From the NCBI RefSeq assembly GCF_020745735.1, contig NC_083417.1:38006001-38070000 (forward strand): 64,000 bases of DNA. The letters are read 5' to 3'. Every line of letters begins with the position of its first letter. The first letter of the stretch is position 1. The stretch is from Hemiscyllium ocellatum (lineage: Eukaryota). The notes beneath the pieces were generated by a model. That model saw nothing but the letters and a program-made list of their open reading frames with translations. It made no database searches and was not told the origin of the DNA. Both the position numbers and the translations under genes were made by a program. Positions 63,290-64,000 of this stretch are shown here, one piece after another.

Positions 63290-64000
63290 TATTCAAGTTA
63301 AGTTGCCAGATCAGATGGGATGCTCAGGGAAGTAAGAGATCCTGATCACAATCTTCCAGTCCTCCTCAGATATAGAGTTGGTGCAATGGAACTGGAAAAT
63401 AGAAACTGTTGCACCCTTGTTCAAAAAAATGGCAAGAAGAAACCAAAAATTACAAGACAGTCAGTCCAGCCTTTGTGGTGAGAAAGCTTTCAGAAATAAT
63501 CATGACATAATTAATGAGTCTCTCAGAATAGGTATTGTAATAAATATTGTAAAGCTGTATCATTTCTGAAAGGCAAATCATATTTGATTAATTTCAAAGC
63601 ATTATTTGATTAAGCTAATGCTATTACAAAGTTTATGATAGAATTTTATATAACAGTGTTGTCAGCAAAGTTGAAGCTTATGGAACAAAAGGGGCAAAGA
63701 TAGTAAGGATACAAAACTAGCTGAGTGTTTCAACACAGAAACTAATGGTAAACAGTTTGTTTTTGGCCTGGAAACATACATACATTAGAGTTCTGCAAGG
63801 ATTGGTACCAAGACCATTTTTATGGGGACTGCCTATGTGAATGATTCAGACAGAGGTGTGCAGAGCAAAATTTCAAAATAAGCAGATGATACAAAATATT
63901 GTGAAACTATTTATCATAAACCCAAAGTAGACCTAACAAAGTTGGTGGAATGGGTGAATAACCAGCAGATGAAATTTAATGCAGATGTGAAATGGTACAT
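63290..64000 (+). mobile_element. Decayed CR1 RT fragment
   Basis: WKIETVAPLFKK; gcagatgatacaaaa; cagatgaaatttaatgcag. Confidence 0.65.

Overview
This is vertebrate genomic DNA, not prokaryotic. HE1-type V-SINEs plus abundant CR1, Rex1, Tx1 and Penelope-like elements point to an elasmobranch (shark). Three spliced genes can be rebuilt by hand. (1) The 5' part of URI1 on the - strand: coding exons 1-3 at 9570-9662, 1706-1740 and 256-334, running off the left edge. (2) A complete cyclin E1 gene (CCNE1) on the - strand: 11 coding exons at 40742-49410, 417 aa. (3) The first four coding exons of a BtpA/SgcQ-family gene (F13E9.13-like) on the + strand from 50718, head-to-head with CCNE1 across one CpG island. 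The most unusual structure is an inverted second copy of the URI1 promoter, exon 1 and intron start. Its 756-bp core (9203-9958 vs 22702-23457) looks identical by eye. The two copies face outward across a ~12.5-kb TE-filled spacer and carry different numbers of a 31-bp E-box/GC-box repeat. This layout could give a convergent transcript toward CCNE1 and/or a promoter swap by inversion; both are inferences. Other points: a ~215-bp near-perfect Penelope hairpin replacing a CR1 RT domain, hammerhead-like Penelope cores (one in the shared promoter), and apparent loss of the N-terminal cyclin E phosphodegron. Most ORFs in the supplied track are TE fragments or spurious. TE boundaries are approximate.
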